Below, piece after piece: positions 39,709-49,670 of a stretch of DNA of 64,000 nucleotides. The stretch comes from Candidatus Aminicenantes bacterium (GTDB lineage: Bacteria; Acidobacteriota; Aminicenantia; Aminicenantales; Aminicenantaceae). The notes under the pieces are model-generated. The model did not search any database and was not told the origin of the DNA. It was given only the letters and a program-made list of their open reading frames with translations. Location of the stretch: NCBI GenBank assembly GCA_011042725.1, contig DQWD01000185.1, positions 24,832 through 88,831 on the forward strand. The letters run 5' to 3'. Every line of letters begins with the position of its first letter. Position 1 is the first letter of the stretch. Position numbers and translations under genes: made by a program.

Positions 39709-39786
39709 TGGCGGGGCCGACGAGACTTGAACTCGCGACCTCCGGCGTGACAGGCCGGCGTTCTAACCAGGCTGAACTACGGCCCC
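39709..39786 (-). tRNA. tRNA-Asp(GTC)
   Basis: Reverse complement GGGGCCGTAGTTCAGCCTGGTTAGAACG CCGGC CT-GTC-AC GCCGG AGGTCGCGAGTTCAAGTCTCGTCGGCCCCGCCA; CCA encoded. Confidence 0.97.
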
Positions 39787-39979
39787 ACCAGGGGGAAGAT
39801 GGAAAAATATTAAATTCTTTCCCTTCTTTTGTCAAGCCTTCCTTTAGGAACCTTCCCAACTCTCCAAAAGAAACTAGAAATAATCCAAGGAAAAGGCAAA
39901 AATAACAGAAGGCCTTACTCTTCAGTATAAGCTGGCCACATCTATTATTTCCTTCCAGCCACCACCACTAATTCCCTGA

Positions 39980-40159
39980 TTACTTTCGATGGGAAATAAA
40001 AGACATTTTCTCTAAAACCGCTATCCTTTCCTCCACTGGAGGGTGAGTCTGGAATAATCTGTTTACGCGGCCCTGAATCTTTTCTAAGGGATTCACAATG
40101 AATAGATGGGCGGTGGCTTTATTGGCCACCTCCAGAGGCTCCTCATCTTGAGAGATTTT
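39980..40159 (-). pseudogene. htpX: C-terminal remnant of HtpX (M48) protease
   Basis: Manual translation, no start codon: [68 protein letters not shown] and F.THPP.EERI are HtpX C-terminal motifs; directly follows lemA. Confidence 0.85.
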
Positions 40160-40161
40160 TT

Positions 40162-40716
40162 TTAAAAAGAAACCTTGACCGGTTCACGAGCCTCTTCTTC
40201 TTCAATTTCAAAATATTCTTTTTCTTGGAAATTAAAAAGCCGGGCAATCACATTAGAAGGAAAGACTTGCAGCTTGATGTTAAACTTCATCACCATATCA
40301 TTATAAAATTGACGAGCATAAGCTATTTTGCTTTCCGTTCCAGCTAATTCTTCCTGCAGCATTAAGAAGTTCTGATTGGCTTTTAGATCGGGATAATTTT
40401 CCACCACCGCAAACAGAGATTTAAGGGCTCCAGTCAACATATTTTCAGCCTGACCTTGTTCTCTAACCGTCTGGGCGTTAATAGCCTTGGTTCGGGCTTC
40501 GGTTACCTTTTCAAAAACTTCTTTTTCATGTCGGGCATATCCTTTAACCGTTTCAACCAAATTGGGGATCAGGTCATAACGCCGGCGTAATTGAACGTCC
40601 ACCTGGGCCCAGGCATTATCACACCGGTTACGGATGGTGATCAGACGATTGTAGATGACAATCCCCCCGACCAGAACAACTCCAACTACAATCAAAAGGA
40701 AGAGTAAAATTTCCAT
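40162..40716 (-). CDS. lemA: LemA family protein
   Basis: [49 protein letters not shown]. Confidence 0.96.
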   Translation of the reverse strand: MEILLFLLIVVGVVLVGGIVIYNRLITIRNRCDNAWAQVDVQLRRRYDLIPNLVETVKGYARHEKEVFEKVTEARTKAINAQTVREQGQAENMLTGALKSLFAVVENYPDLKANQNFLMLQEELAGTESKIAYARQFYNDMVMKFNIKLQVFPSNVIARLFNFQEKEYFEIEEEEAREPVKVSF

Positions 40717-40888
40717 TTCTTTCTCCTGGTAAGATAAAATTTATTTTAGTAAATAATCTTACGTCATAAATGTCAATAACATTCAACAAAATTAAATTGA
40801 CATTTTTTCCCCAAGGATGATATATTGCAAGTGGGTGATTTTTTTAATTAAAAATAACAATAACAAATAAACTCCAAAGGAGGATTAT

Positions 40889-42196
40889 ATGGCATCATTA
40901 AAAGAAAAGTTTGCGGCCAAGATCGATCCCATGCGTCAAAGAGTACGCACTTTGACCAAACAGCATGGGGAAATCAAGATTTCAGATGTGTCAGTGGCCC
41001 AAGCTTATGGAGGCATGAGAGGGGTCAAATGTTTGGTAACAGAAACCTCTGCTTTAGATCCCTATGAAGGCATCCGCTTCCGGGGTTTTACCATCCCCGA
41101 ACTTCGCCAAAAGCTCCCTAAGGCTCCTGGTGGTGAAGAACCTCTGCCCGAAGGAATATTTTATTTACTGCTTACTGGTGATCTTCCTAGCGAAGAAGAT
41201 GTCCGGGAACTCACCAAGGAATGGCAACAAAGAGGAGAGGTGCCTGAGTATGTCCTCGAGGTTTTGAAATCCATCCCCAAAGATGTTCACCCGATGACTC
41301 AATTTTCGATGGGTATTCTCGCTCTTCAGAAAGAGTCGCTCTTTGCTCAGCGTTATCGTGAAGGGATGCCCAAAACTGAATACTGGGATCCGATGTTTGA
41401 AGACGTCATGAATCTACTGGCCAAGTTGCCCCGAATTGCTGCTTTTATCTACCGTCGCATCTATAAAAACGACGAACACATTCCTCCTGATCCAACTCTC
41501 GACTGGGGAGGAAATTTTGCCCACATGTTAGGCGTAGAAAATGAAGAGTTTAAAGAACTGATGCGACTCTACCTGGTCCTCCATAGTGACCACGAGGGAG
41601 GAAATGTTTCAGCCCATACAACTCATCTCGTCGGTTCCGCCCTTTCCGATGCCTATCTGTCCCTATCTGGGGGCATGAACGGGCTGGCCGGTCCTCTCCA
41701 CGGGCTAGCTAACCAGGAAGTTCTCCGCTGGATTATGGAGCTCATCGAAAAACTCGGTTCTAAACCAACTAAGGAACAACTCAAGCAGTATGTCTGGGAT
41801 ACTCTCAATGCGGGACAAGTTATTCCCGGCTACGGACACGCTGTCCTGCGGAAAACCGATCCTCGCTATGTCGCTCAAAGAGAATTCGCCCTTAAGCACC
41901 TACCTGATAATGAAATATTCAAAGTCGTCAGTGATCTCTACGAAGTTGTTCCGCCTATTCTTCAAGAGCATGGAAAAGCTAAGAATCCTTGGCCTAACGT
42001 TGACGCTCATTCCGGATGTCTTTTGCTTCACTACGGAGTTAAAGAGTACGATTTCTACACCGTGTTTTTCGGAGTCTCCCGAGCTCTTGGCGTACTCGCT
42101 TCACTTTGTTGGGACCGGGCCTTAGGTTTGCCCATTGAAAGGCCAAAGAGTATCACTACTGATTGGGTTGAAGAGTTTATCAAAAACCAGAATTAA
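40889..42196 (+). CDS. gltA: Citrate (Si)-synthase, eukaryotic type
   Basis: [70 protein letters not shown]. Confidence 0.95.
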   Translation: MASLKEKFAAKIDPMRQRVRTLTKQHGEIKISDVSVAQAYGGMRGVKCLVTETSALDPYEGIRFRGFTIPELRQKLPKAPGGEEPLPEGIFYLLLTGDLPSEEDVRELTKEWQQRGEVPEYVLEVLKSIPKDVHPMTQFSMGILALQKESLFAQRYREGMPKTEYWDPMFEDVMNLLAKLPRIAAFIYRRIYKNDEHIPPDPTLDWGGNFAHMLGVENEEFKELMRLYLVLHSDHEGGNVSAHTTHLVGSALSDAYLSLSGGMNGLAGPLHGLANQEVLRWIMELIEKLGSKPTKEQLKQYVWDTLNAGQVIPGYGHAVLRKTDPRYVAQREFALKHLPDNEIFKVVSDLYEVVPPILQEHGKAKNPWPNVDAHSGCLLLHYGVKEYDFYTVFFGVSRALGVLASLCWDRALGLPIERPKSITTDWVEEFIKNQN

Positions 42197-42220
42197 CCTC
42201 TTTTCGGGAGTAGGTTACCC

Positions 42221-42252
42221 ACGACGGGAGAGTTTCTCTCCCGTCGTTTTTT
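42221..42252 (+). terminator. Intrinsic terminator after citrate synthase
   Basis: ACGACGGGAGAG-ttt-CTCTCCCGTCGT followed by T-run. Confidence 0.88.
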
Positions 42253-42283
42253 ATTCCTCAAATTCTTGGTGGGGAGAAAGATA

Positions 42284-42757
42284 ATGAAAGTCATCATTAT
42301 TATGGGTTCCAAGGGCGACTTAGAATGGTCGAAAAAGGCCGCTCTTCTCCTTGAAGAACTGGGAATCCCCATGGTGATGAGAATCGCTTCAGCCCATAAA
42401 GTACCCCTTAAAGTTTTAGAAATTATCAAAGAATACGAGACAGAAGAGGTGGTCTTCATCACTGTTGCGGGACGAAGTAATGCTTTAAGCGCCTTTGTTG
42501 ATGCTCAAACTGCCCGGCCCGTCATCGCTTGCCCTCCTTACAGCGACAAATTTGGCGGAGCAGATATCTTTTCCAGCCTTCGGATGCCCTCTGGAGTGTG
42601 CCCCCTTGTGGTCTTAGAACCAGAACAAGCAGCTCTGGCCGCAGCGAAAATCCTCGCTCTTAAGGATAATGAATTAGCGCGCCGGATTAAGAAATATCAA
42701 GACCACAAGAAAACAATTATCGAAAATGATGATCAAGCTTTAACAAACAATCAATAA
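42284..42757 (+). CDS. purE: AIR carboxylase PurE (class II-like)
   Basis: IIMGSKGD, ASAHK, VAGRSNALS, PVIACPP, SSLRMPSGV; start set at ATG 42284. Confidence 0.9.
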   Translation: MKVIIIMGSKGDLEWSKKAALLLEELGIPMVMRIASAHKVPLKVLEIIKEYETEEVVFITVAGRSNALSAFVDAQTARPVIACPPYSDKFGGADIFSSLRMPSGVCPLVVLEPEQAALAAAKILALKDNELARRIKKYQDHKKTIIENDDQALTNNQ

Positions 42758-42961
42758 AGCTTGGCCAGCTCTAAACAATTCCGCAATAAAAATTTTATTT
42801 AATTATTTAGGCTTAAAAACAAAAAGCAGATTTATTCCAAATCACAATTCAAGCAAGGACTGCTAGATCTCGGCAGTTAATGATGGCCCTGAAAAAACAA
42901 AAAAAGTCTGGGAGATTAAGCAATAAAACAAAAAAATATTAACCTATAGTGAGCAATAACG

Positions 42962-43930
42962 ATGGGGATCTTACCGGCCAATAAAACGAACATCAAAATT
43001 GCCGCTAGAACTATCACCCAAGGGGGATTAGTGGCTTTCCCTACTGAAACAGTTTATGGACTCGGGGCCGATGTCTTCAATTCCCTAGCGGTGGCCCGTA
43101 TCTTTGAAGTGAAAAAACGACCAGAATTTGACCCTATCATCATCCATATTGCCTCCGTTGAGGATCTTAATCTCATCTGGCGTCAGCGACCCGACGTTGC
43201 CCTTCCTCTTATCGAATCTTTCTGGCCGGGACCTTTAACTTTAATCGGATTAAAATCCCCCAAGATTCCCGAGCTAGTCACGGCCGGACTTGATACGGCT
43301 GCGGTGAGGATGCCTAACCACTCTGTTGCTCTAGCTCTCATTAAAGAGGCCAAAAGACCCATTGCTGCGCCAAGTGCTAATCTCTTCGGGTTCCTTAGTC
43401 CCACCACCGCTTCTCATGTCGCCCAGCAACTCGGCTCGCAAATTGATTTAATCCTTGATGGAGGCCCAACTCCTGTGGGGATTGAATCAACCGTGCTCGA
43501 CCTCACCGGAAAGCCCACTTTGCTACGACCTGGAGGAGTCCCTCTCGAAGAAATTGAAAAAATTATAGGGCCAGTTAGAATTGCCCCGCCTTCCCCGAAA
43601 CCACTAGCTCCCGGTCAACTCACCCACCACTACGCCCCAAGAGCCACCCTGGTTATCAAGCACGATAACTTAAAACTGCCCTCGAAACTAAAAATTGGAT
43701 ATTTAGCCTTTAGCTCAGCGCCGGCAAACATTTCCGCTTATAAAGTAGAAATCCTTTCCCCCTCGAGAAATTTAAGAGAAGCAGCGGCTAATCTGTTTGC
43801 CGCTCTTCATCGCCTTGACCAGGCCAAAGTCGATATTATCATCGCCGAACCTGTTCCTGAAGAGGGGTTGGGAAGAGCAATCATGGATAGATTACGAAAA
43901 GCGGCCTCAGCCACCTATCCACAGAGATAA
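42962..43930 (+). CDS. sua5: Threonylcarbamoyl-AMP synthase (Sua5 type)
   Basis: VAFPTETVYGLGA, KKRP, FWPGPLT, AAPSAN, GIESTV, HYAP, C-terminal SUA5 domain. Confidence 0.95.
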   Translation: MGILPANKTNIKIAARTITQGGLVAFPTETVYGLGADVFNSLAVARIFEVKKRPEFDPIIIHIASVEDLNLIWRQRPDVALPLIESFWPGPLTLIGLKSPKIPELVTAGLDTAAVRMPNHSVALALIKEAKRPIAAPSANLFGFLSPTTASHVAQQLGSQIDLILDGGPTPVGIESTVLDLTGKPTLLRPGGVPLEEIEKIIGPVRIAPPSPKPLAPGQLTHHYAPRATLVIKHDNLKLPSKLKIGYLAFSSAPANISAYKVEILSPSRNLREAAANLFAALHRLDQAKVDIIIAEPVPEEGLGRAIMDRLRKAASATYPQR

Positions 43931-43957
43931 ACCACCAGATTTTTTCGCTGGGACTGG

Positions 43958-44986
43958 CTATCTGGCCTGCTCACGGGCAATTTTCAGTAGGTCATTAAGG
44001 AGACTATAGCCTGTTTCGCGGCGACCGGCTCCAGGTCCAATGACGGTTATCTCGCCTAAAGAATCGGTTAAGATGGTTAAAGCGTTAGTTGCCCCCATTA
44101 CACTTCCCAAAGGATGATTGATATCAATTTCTTCGGGGGCAACTTCCGCTTTGACAAGATTTCTCTCTCGCCAAACTCGCCCGATTAATTTGAAACGCTT
44201 TCCCCGGGACAACGCATTCACCACCGCACTAGAGGTAATGGAAGTAATTCCTTCACAGGGGAAATCAAACGGCTTAGCTCGGGAGCCAAAGACAACTTTA
44301 GCTAAAATTGTAACTTTGGCCAAGGCATCCCACCCCAGAACATCGGCATCCGGAACAGCCTCAGCATATCCAAATTCTTGGGCTTTTTTTAATGCATCCT
44401 CATAAGAAAGTCCTTCTTCCATGCGGGTTAGAATGTAATTAGTTGTTCCATTTAATATTCCCTTTATTTCTTGAAATTCACACCCAATCAACGTTTCTCG
44501 AAAAAGATTAAGAACTGGTGTCCCACTCATTACCGTGCCCTCAAATAAAAAATGGACATTATTAGCCCGCGCAATATCAATTAATTCTTCATAGAAAAGA
44601 GCAACCGGGCCCTTATTAGTGGTGACCACATGCATCCCCTTTTCTAAAGCTTGGCGGATATGAGTTACCGCCGGTTCTCCTGTTTTGATATCTGTGTAGG
44701 TCACCTCGATCAAGACATCGGCCTCAAGCCCGGAAATAAGCTCTGTTGCTTCCCCTGAAATTCTTTCTCCCCTCACCCCTTCCAGCAATTTCTGATTTTG
44801 CGCTGCTGTTAATGCTTCTTGTAAATCCAGTCCCTCGGGAGCTACTACATTTCCTAATTTTTTATCTAAAATACCCACTGTTTGCCAAGTTAAGCCAAAT
44901 TCTTTCGTCAATATCTCTTTTTTCTCCAACAATAATTCAGCCAATCCCTGTCCAACTGTCCCAAAACCAACAAAAAGAAGTCGCAT
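43958..44986 (-). CDS. hom: Homoserine dehydrogenase (no ACT domain)
   Basis: GFGTVG, VVTTNKGP, FEGTVMSGTP, GILNGTTNYIL, AQEFGYAE, GPGAG. Confidence 0.93.
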   Translation of the reverse strand: MRLLFVGFGTVGQGLAELLLEKKEILTKEFGLTWQTVGILDKKLGNVVAPEGLDLQEALTAAQNQKLLEGVRGERISGEATELISGLEADVLIEVTYTDIKTGEPAVTHIRQALEKGMHVVTTNKGPVALFYEELIDIARANNVHFLFEGTVMSGTPVLNLFRETLIGCEFQEIKGILNGTTNYILTRMEEGLSYEDALKKAQEFGYAEAVPDADVLGWDALAKVTILAKVVFGSRAKPFDFPCEGITSITSSAVVNALSRGKRFKLIGRVWRERNLVKAEVAPEEIDINHPLGSVMGATNALTILTDSLGEITVIGPGAGRRETGYSLLNDLLKIAREQAR

Positions 44987-45101
44987 ATTGCCTCCTTTGG
45001 TTGAAAAGTTAGATTAAATTAAAGTTGAAAATTTATGTCTAAGGAAAAAACGCTAATCTTCTCCACTTCATAATCCTTTTATCACAAGCAAATTCAGCCT
45101 G

Positions 45102-45380
45102 TCAAGGGCAAAGAATGCCTGGGATTTTCTGCCAATCAACTAGCTGACGGCGATTATATTCCCGCCCAGCAATTAGGGCCGAGCATAATCGAATGGCCAA
45201 AGACAAGGGGGCTCCAACATTAATTTGGCAACGTCGATCCAATATGTTCTCAACATCTTCGCCGGGCTGCAGAGGACAGCCATTACATTTCCGGCTATCC
45301 ACTAAGGCGATGAGCCATTGTTTTATTTCTTCTTGATTAAAGCCTAACAATCGTTGAATAAGAACGTGGCCAGCCATCAC
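45102..45380 (-). CDS. Small Cys-containing hypothetical ORF or gene fragment
   Basis: 92 aa ORF filling a gap between co-oriented genes; CNGC motif; no clear SD; not recognised. Confidence 0.3.
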   Translation of the reverse strand: MMAGHVLIQRLLGFNQEEIKQWLIALVDSRKCNGCPLQPGEDVENILDRRCQINVGAPLSLAIRLCSALIAGREYNRRQLVDWQKIPGILCP

Positions 45381-45492
45381 GATTTCATAGTTATTTCCAC
45401 TGCCCTAGCTTCCCTAACCACTTAAAATGTCATTCTTTCCAGAAATAAACGTCAGCTTTAATTTCTACTTGTCATCGGTCAGGAGAGAAGTT

Positions 45493-47721
45493 CTAAAATC
45501 GATAGCTAAAACTTAAAAAGGCAGAGTCATTCTCGTTAACTTCCCGATAAAAACTCGAGCCCCTTTGATAAACAAATTCAGCCACTCCGTGTTCTGACCA
45601 GAAAGCATACTTAGCCCGCAGTTGAAGGGTAATCTTATCTAAGGCCGTATTCGCCTGGAAGAATAAACTCAGATCGAGCAGATCCGATAATTTATTTTTA
45701 ATTTTCAAGACATGAATATTAGCACTCTTATATACTGGAGAAATTTCAAAACTATAATCTAGATAATAAAGAAAATATTCGAGAAAGAGAGTCTGGCTGA
45801 TGGAGAAATCTTTGTACAATCTAAACAAAGTAAACCCCCGCGCTAAAAACTGGCCAAATCTAACTTCCAATTGGAAGCGTCCTCCTGGGCCCCTATCAAA
45901 ATAAGAAAATAAAGAGGTTTTATTGGTCCAGTATTCCGGTTTCCCATAATAAAGGTAATAATGGGTCCCGACCACCGGGTTAAATAAATTAAATAAATAG
46001 TTGGAATCAAAAAGAGAAATTTCTCCTAATGACTCTTGATAGATTCGCCATTGGTCAAGATCAATTTTATCTTCAAGACCCGGATAATCTGCTGGGTATA
46101 ATTCATTGAGCATATACTCCTTTCGATAGGAAACACCGATACTCCAAAAAGATTTAAACTCAAGAGAAACTTTGGTTTCGGCCGACCAACTCCGTAATGT
46201 ATTGTCTAATCCCCAATAGACATCACCCTTTCCGGCCACATGAAACGAATTAAAAACGCCTCGCCCTAAATTAAATTTATGGACTAATTCTGTTTTTATT
46301 TCCTGGCGATTATCATCAGGAATATAACCTACTTTGACTAGATTATCCCCAAAATTTCTCCCTATTCGTAAAAACCCCAATTTAAAATAAGTGGGATCGC
46401 TTTGATAGCTAATAAAAGCTCCTAAAGCGGAGGAATCTTCTTTTTTTTGACCATAGCTTTGGGCAAATTGCCCTTGAAGATTAAAATGAGAAGAAATCTT
46501 GAGGACCCAATCAAAGGCCAAACTGCCCCATTTATCTTCCCGGTCTACCCGGGCACTTCCGGTTAATCCCAAAGAAAACCACGAGCGGGGAGAGAGGCTA
46601 ATTCGTCCAAAATGATAGCTGGCTTTAGGGACTTGGCTGATATCGTCTTGGGGGCCCAAGGTGGATAAGAAAAATATCTCACTCCCTGGAAAGGTAGCTT
46701 TTACCTTTGCTCCCGCCTGAATTTTTCGTATCCTTTTGGAATAAAAAAGGTCAAACACTGACTGGTCCTCCCCAGCCAAACTTTGAAAAAAACTTCTTTT
46801 TTCAGGAATTTTTAGTTCATAAGGAGTAAAATTTAATCTTTCTTCATCAGGTTCAACTAAGCCAAATTCAGGAAAAAGGGTAACCTCGGCCGAAATTAAA
46901 GGGGAAAAGTTATAACCCAGGTCAAGCCCCCCTCCTAAAGGTGATCCCTCAGTTGGCGTTTGTCGGAATAAAAGAAAGCTGTTTCCTCGGAACCTCTTTT
47001 CTTTCTTAATAATAGTTATGGGTTGCAAAAGATTAATCTGCTCTAAAGAAAAAGCCGGCTCCAGAGGCCCCCCCCAGAAAACAGGATCTAATCGAGGAAC
47101 CACTCGGGAGACAAGCATATTTATTTCTGCTTTTTCTCCCGGGGGAAGAAAAGGCTCCAGAGGGATGGCCATTTCTGCAGTCCATCCTCCTTCGCTTCTT
47201 TGAACTCCCGAGAACCACTGAGTGTCCCACGCCAAGTCTTTGCTCCCATCGATTAAACTCAGACGCCCATCCAATTTGGTATTTAAAAGATTGAGCCCGA
47301 AAAAATAAATATAATCTTGATCGGTCCCTCCCAGGAGAAAAAGATAGACAGAATCATCAGTTCGTAATTCTCCATCTTTAGCTTTAACTTCAGCCATTAT
47401 TTTCTCAGGAGTAGGATCGTTGCAAACAAAGGCAATATAAAGAAAGTTCCCATCTTGACCTAGAAAAACCTGAGTCTTAATTTTCACTGTTTGATCCCGG
47501 TCAGGATGAGGAACTAATATTTCTTCTCCCGGAATTGCTCTCGTCCAGGCGTCATCTTGAAGTTGCCCATCTATTTCAACAGAAGGCCCCACTCTCAGAA
47601 TTAAATTCTCTGAGGTTATCTCTTGATTAAAGACGCTCCCGATGGTTAACAGCAGACACCAAATCAAAGTAAAAAATCTTGTCAACTCAATCCATTTCAA
47701 TAGTATTTTCCTTTTCCCCAA
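45493..47721 (-). CDS. CBM9-like/DUF5916 outer-membrane protein
   Basis: IDGQLQDDAW, LYIAFVC, GWTAEMAIP (CBM9-like), PEFGLVEPD..., PEKRSFF, LFYSKRI; C-terminal FSYRF. Confidence 0.8.
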   Translation of the reverse strand: MGKRKILLKWIELTRFFTLIWCLLLTIGSVFNQEITSENLILRVGPSVEIDGQLQDDAWTRAIPGEEILVPHPDRDQTVKIKTQVFLGQDGNFLYIAFVCNDPTPEKIMAEVKAKDGELRTDDSVYLFLLGGTDQDYIYFFGLNLLNTKLDGRLSLIDGSKDLAWDTQWFSGVQRSEGGWTAEMAIPLEPFLPPGEKAEINMLVSRVVPRLDPVFWGGPLEPAFSLEQINLLQPITIIKKEKRFRGNSFLLFRQTPTEGSPLGGGLDLGYNFSPLISAEVTLFPEFGLVEPDEERLNFTPYELKIPEKRSFFQSLAGEDQSVFDLFYSKRIRKIQAGAKVKATFPGSEIFFLSTLGPQDDISQVPKASYHFGRISLSPRSWFSLGLTGSARVDREDKWGSLAFDWVLKISSHFNLQGQFAQSYGQKKEDSSALGAFISYQSDPTYFKLGFLRIGRNFGDNLVKVGYIPDDNRQEIKTELVHKFNLGRGVFNSFHVAGKGDVYWGLDNTLRSWSAETKVSLEFKSFWSIGVSYRKEYMLNELYPADYPGLEDKIDLDQWRIYQESLGEISLFDSNYLFNLFNPVVGTHYYLYYGKPEYWTNKTSLFSYFDRGPGGRFQLEVRFGQFLARGFTLFRLYKDFSISQTLFLEYFLYYLDYSFEISPVYKSANIHVLKIKNKLSDLLDLSLFFQANTALDKITLQLRAKYAFWSEHGVAEFVYQRGSSFYREVNENDSAFLSFSYRF

Positions 47722-48370
47722 TTACTTTCTAAAGCTTCCTTATATTTTTTAAATTGTTAACACCTCTCAAAGGCTTTCTTCTATACTCGCATTTTTGCAA
47801 CTATTTAATTACATGAAAAAAACAAGAAATTATGGTTACACTATTCTCCATGGTTTTGTCAAAATATTTTAATTTTTATTATTTTTTATTATTAAGATAA
47901 ATATTCAACATCCCCCTTAAACCAGCAAGCCTCTCCAAAACTGAGATAGCCAAGGTAATGGCTTTAATTTAATTTATAAACATTGGTTGAGGAGAAAAAA
48001 TGAAGACACACAAAATATTTATCTCTCATTTTTGTTCTCGTGCAGGGAAAAATGGTGACCGGCGCTATATCTGCCAGTTGTCTTGGCAACGTCCCAGGCC
48101 AAAATAAGGTGCCTATCACCATTTTTCCATCACAGTTTTGGAGATGCTTCTCTCAAAATAGATCCAAAAGGCAAAAATATTCAGCCAAACAAAGATATAT
48201 TTTGAAGAAAGCAAAAATGGAATAAAGGTTTAAAATATATTTTTCTGAGGTCTTGAAAAACCTTGGGCTTTTTGAATCTTTTCAATATTATCACCACATC
48301 AAAAATGTTCACTTATCAGAAAATAGGACAATGCTTTGAATAATTTACGCGCTTAAATTATAATTCCTCT

Positions 48371-49060
48371 ATGTTCTTCCTTCCTTTCATCTTTCTTATT
48401 TTTTTCTTCTATCTGCTTATCATTGGCCTTCTTTTTTTCTTCCTTCATCTTGGGCTAATTAGTTTTGCCTTCGACCAGCTCGGAATTCCTAAAGATGCTC
48501 TATTTTCTCTTCTTTTCTTAATTTTATTAGGAAGCATGGTTAATATCCCCGTAAAAAAATATGTTGCTGAAGTCGAAAGGCCGGGACAAATTATTGACTT
48601 TTTCGGTTGGAAATTCAAAATTCCGCGCAGCAGTTACACCCAGCAAATGACCATCGCTGTGAATGTTGGTGGGGCCATAATTCCCACCTTAATCTCTATC
48701 TATCTTATTCTGAAATGGTTAGCCTTTTTTCCGGAAATAGCCATTTCTACCTTGATTATGTCTCTTTTCGTCCATAAGATTGCTCGCCCAATAAGAGGTG
48801 TCGGGATTGCCACCCCAGCTCTTTTGCCACCTTTAATGGCCGCCGCCCTTGGTCTTCTTTTTGAACTAGTTCTTCATCCCCAAGCAGCCCCGATTATTGC
48901 TTATACCTCCGGAACCCTAGGCACTTTAATCGGGGCAGACTTGATGAATCTAAAGAAGATCTCAAATCTTGGAGCCCCCGTGGCTTCCATTGGAGGGGCA
49001 GGGACTTTTGATGGCGTTTTTCTGACCGGCCTAATGGCCGTGATTCTAACCTCTTTTTAA
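48371..49060 (+). CDS. DUF1614 membrane protein
   Basis: GSMVNIP, IAVNVGGAIIP, GTLGTLIGADLMNL, SIGGAGTFDGVFLTG. Confidence 0.88.
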   Translation: MFFLPFIFLIFFFYLLIIGLLFFFLHLGLISFAFDQLGIPKDALFSLLFLILLGSMVNIPVKKYVAEVERPGQIIDFFGWKFKIPRSSYTQQMTIAVNVGGAIIPTLISIYLILKWLAFFPEIAISTLIMSLFVHKIARPIRGVGIATPALLPPLMAAALGLLFELVLHPQAAPIIAYTSGTLGTLIGADLMNLKKISNLGAPVASIGGAGTFDGVFLTGLMAVILTSF

Positions 49061-49097
49061 TTTTAACTTGTCTTAGTCAAGTCTACCTTGATAGGAA

Positions 49098-49670
49098 TTA
49101 TTTGCATTTACGGCTGAAGGAACGCCGTATCAATTCTTTGAATCCCAAATTTTTCTTTCTTTCGGGAAATATTCCCTCACTAACCTTAGAAACATCCTCA
49201 ATGGTATAGAATGCTTTGGGGTGATATTTCATGATGAGGGGAACAAGCTCAGGCAGACTCTCCCGGCGAACTACAATGTATAAAATTTGAACGGGTCCTT
49301 TAGCTCCCCGAGCGCTAATCGTCGTCAAGCCAAACTTCCGAGAATTTAAAATTTCTTTGAGAGGAGAAATATCTTTAGTGGTGATCAATCGAACAATTAC
49401 GGTCCCCATGGATAATTTCTGTTCCAGACTTAGACCGACAAAATTCCCCATAGCAAATCCAGCAGCATAGGCTAACATACACAGAGGATTATGAAGATTA
49501 ATCATGATCTGTTGAATGGCCAACAGCCAAATTAAAATTTCAAAAAAACCCACAAATGGAGCAATATATTTCAACCCTCGAGAAATAAAGATTATCCGCA
49601 AGGTCTGAAGAGTTACATCAATAACTCGAGCTAAGAAAATAAGCAAGGGTAAAAATAACCATGTCCACAT
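49098..49670 (-). CDS. DUF2179/UPF0316 membrane protein
   Basis: IFLARVIDVTLQTLR, GFFEILIWL, YAAGFAMGNFVG, PKAFYTIEDV. Confidence 0.88.
   Translation of the reverse strand: MWTWLFLPLLIFLARVIDVTLQTLRIIFISRGLKYIAPFVGFFEILIWLLAIQQIMINLHNPLCMLAYAAGFAMGNFVGLSLEQKLSMGTVIVRLITTKDISPLKEILNSRKFGLTTISARGAKGPVQILYIVVRRESLPELVPLIMKYHPKAFYTIEDVSKVSEGIFPERKKNLGFKELIRRSFSRKCK

Noticed and set aside
39482..39905. 125-aa and 65-aa ORFs
   Set aside because: Overlap tRNA-Asp; typical tRNA shadow translations
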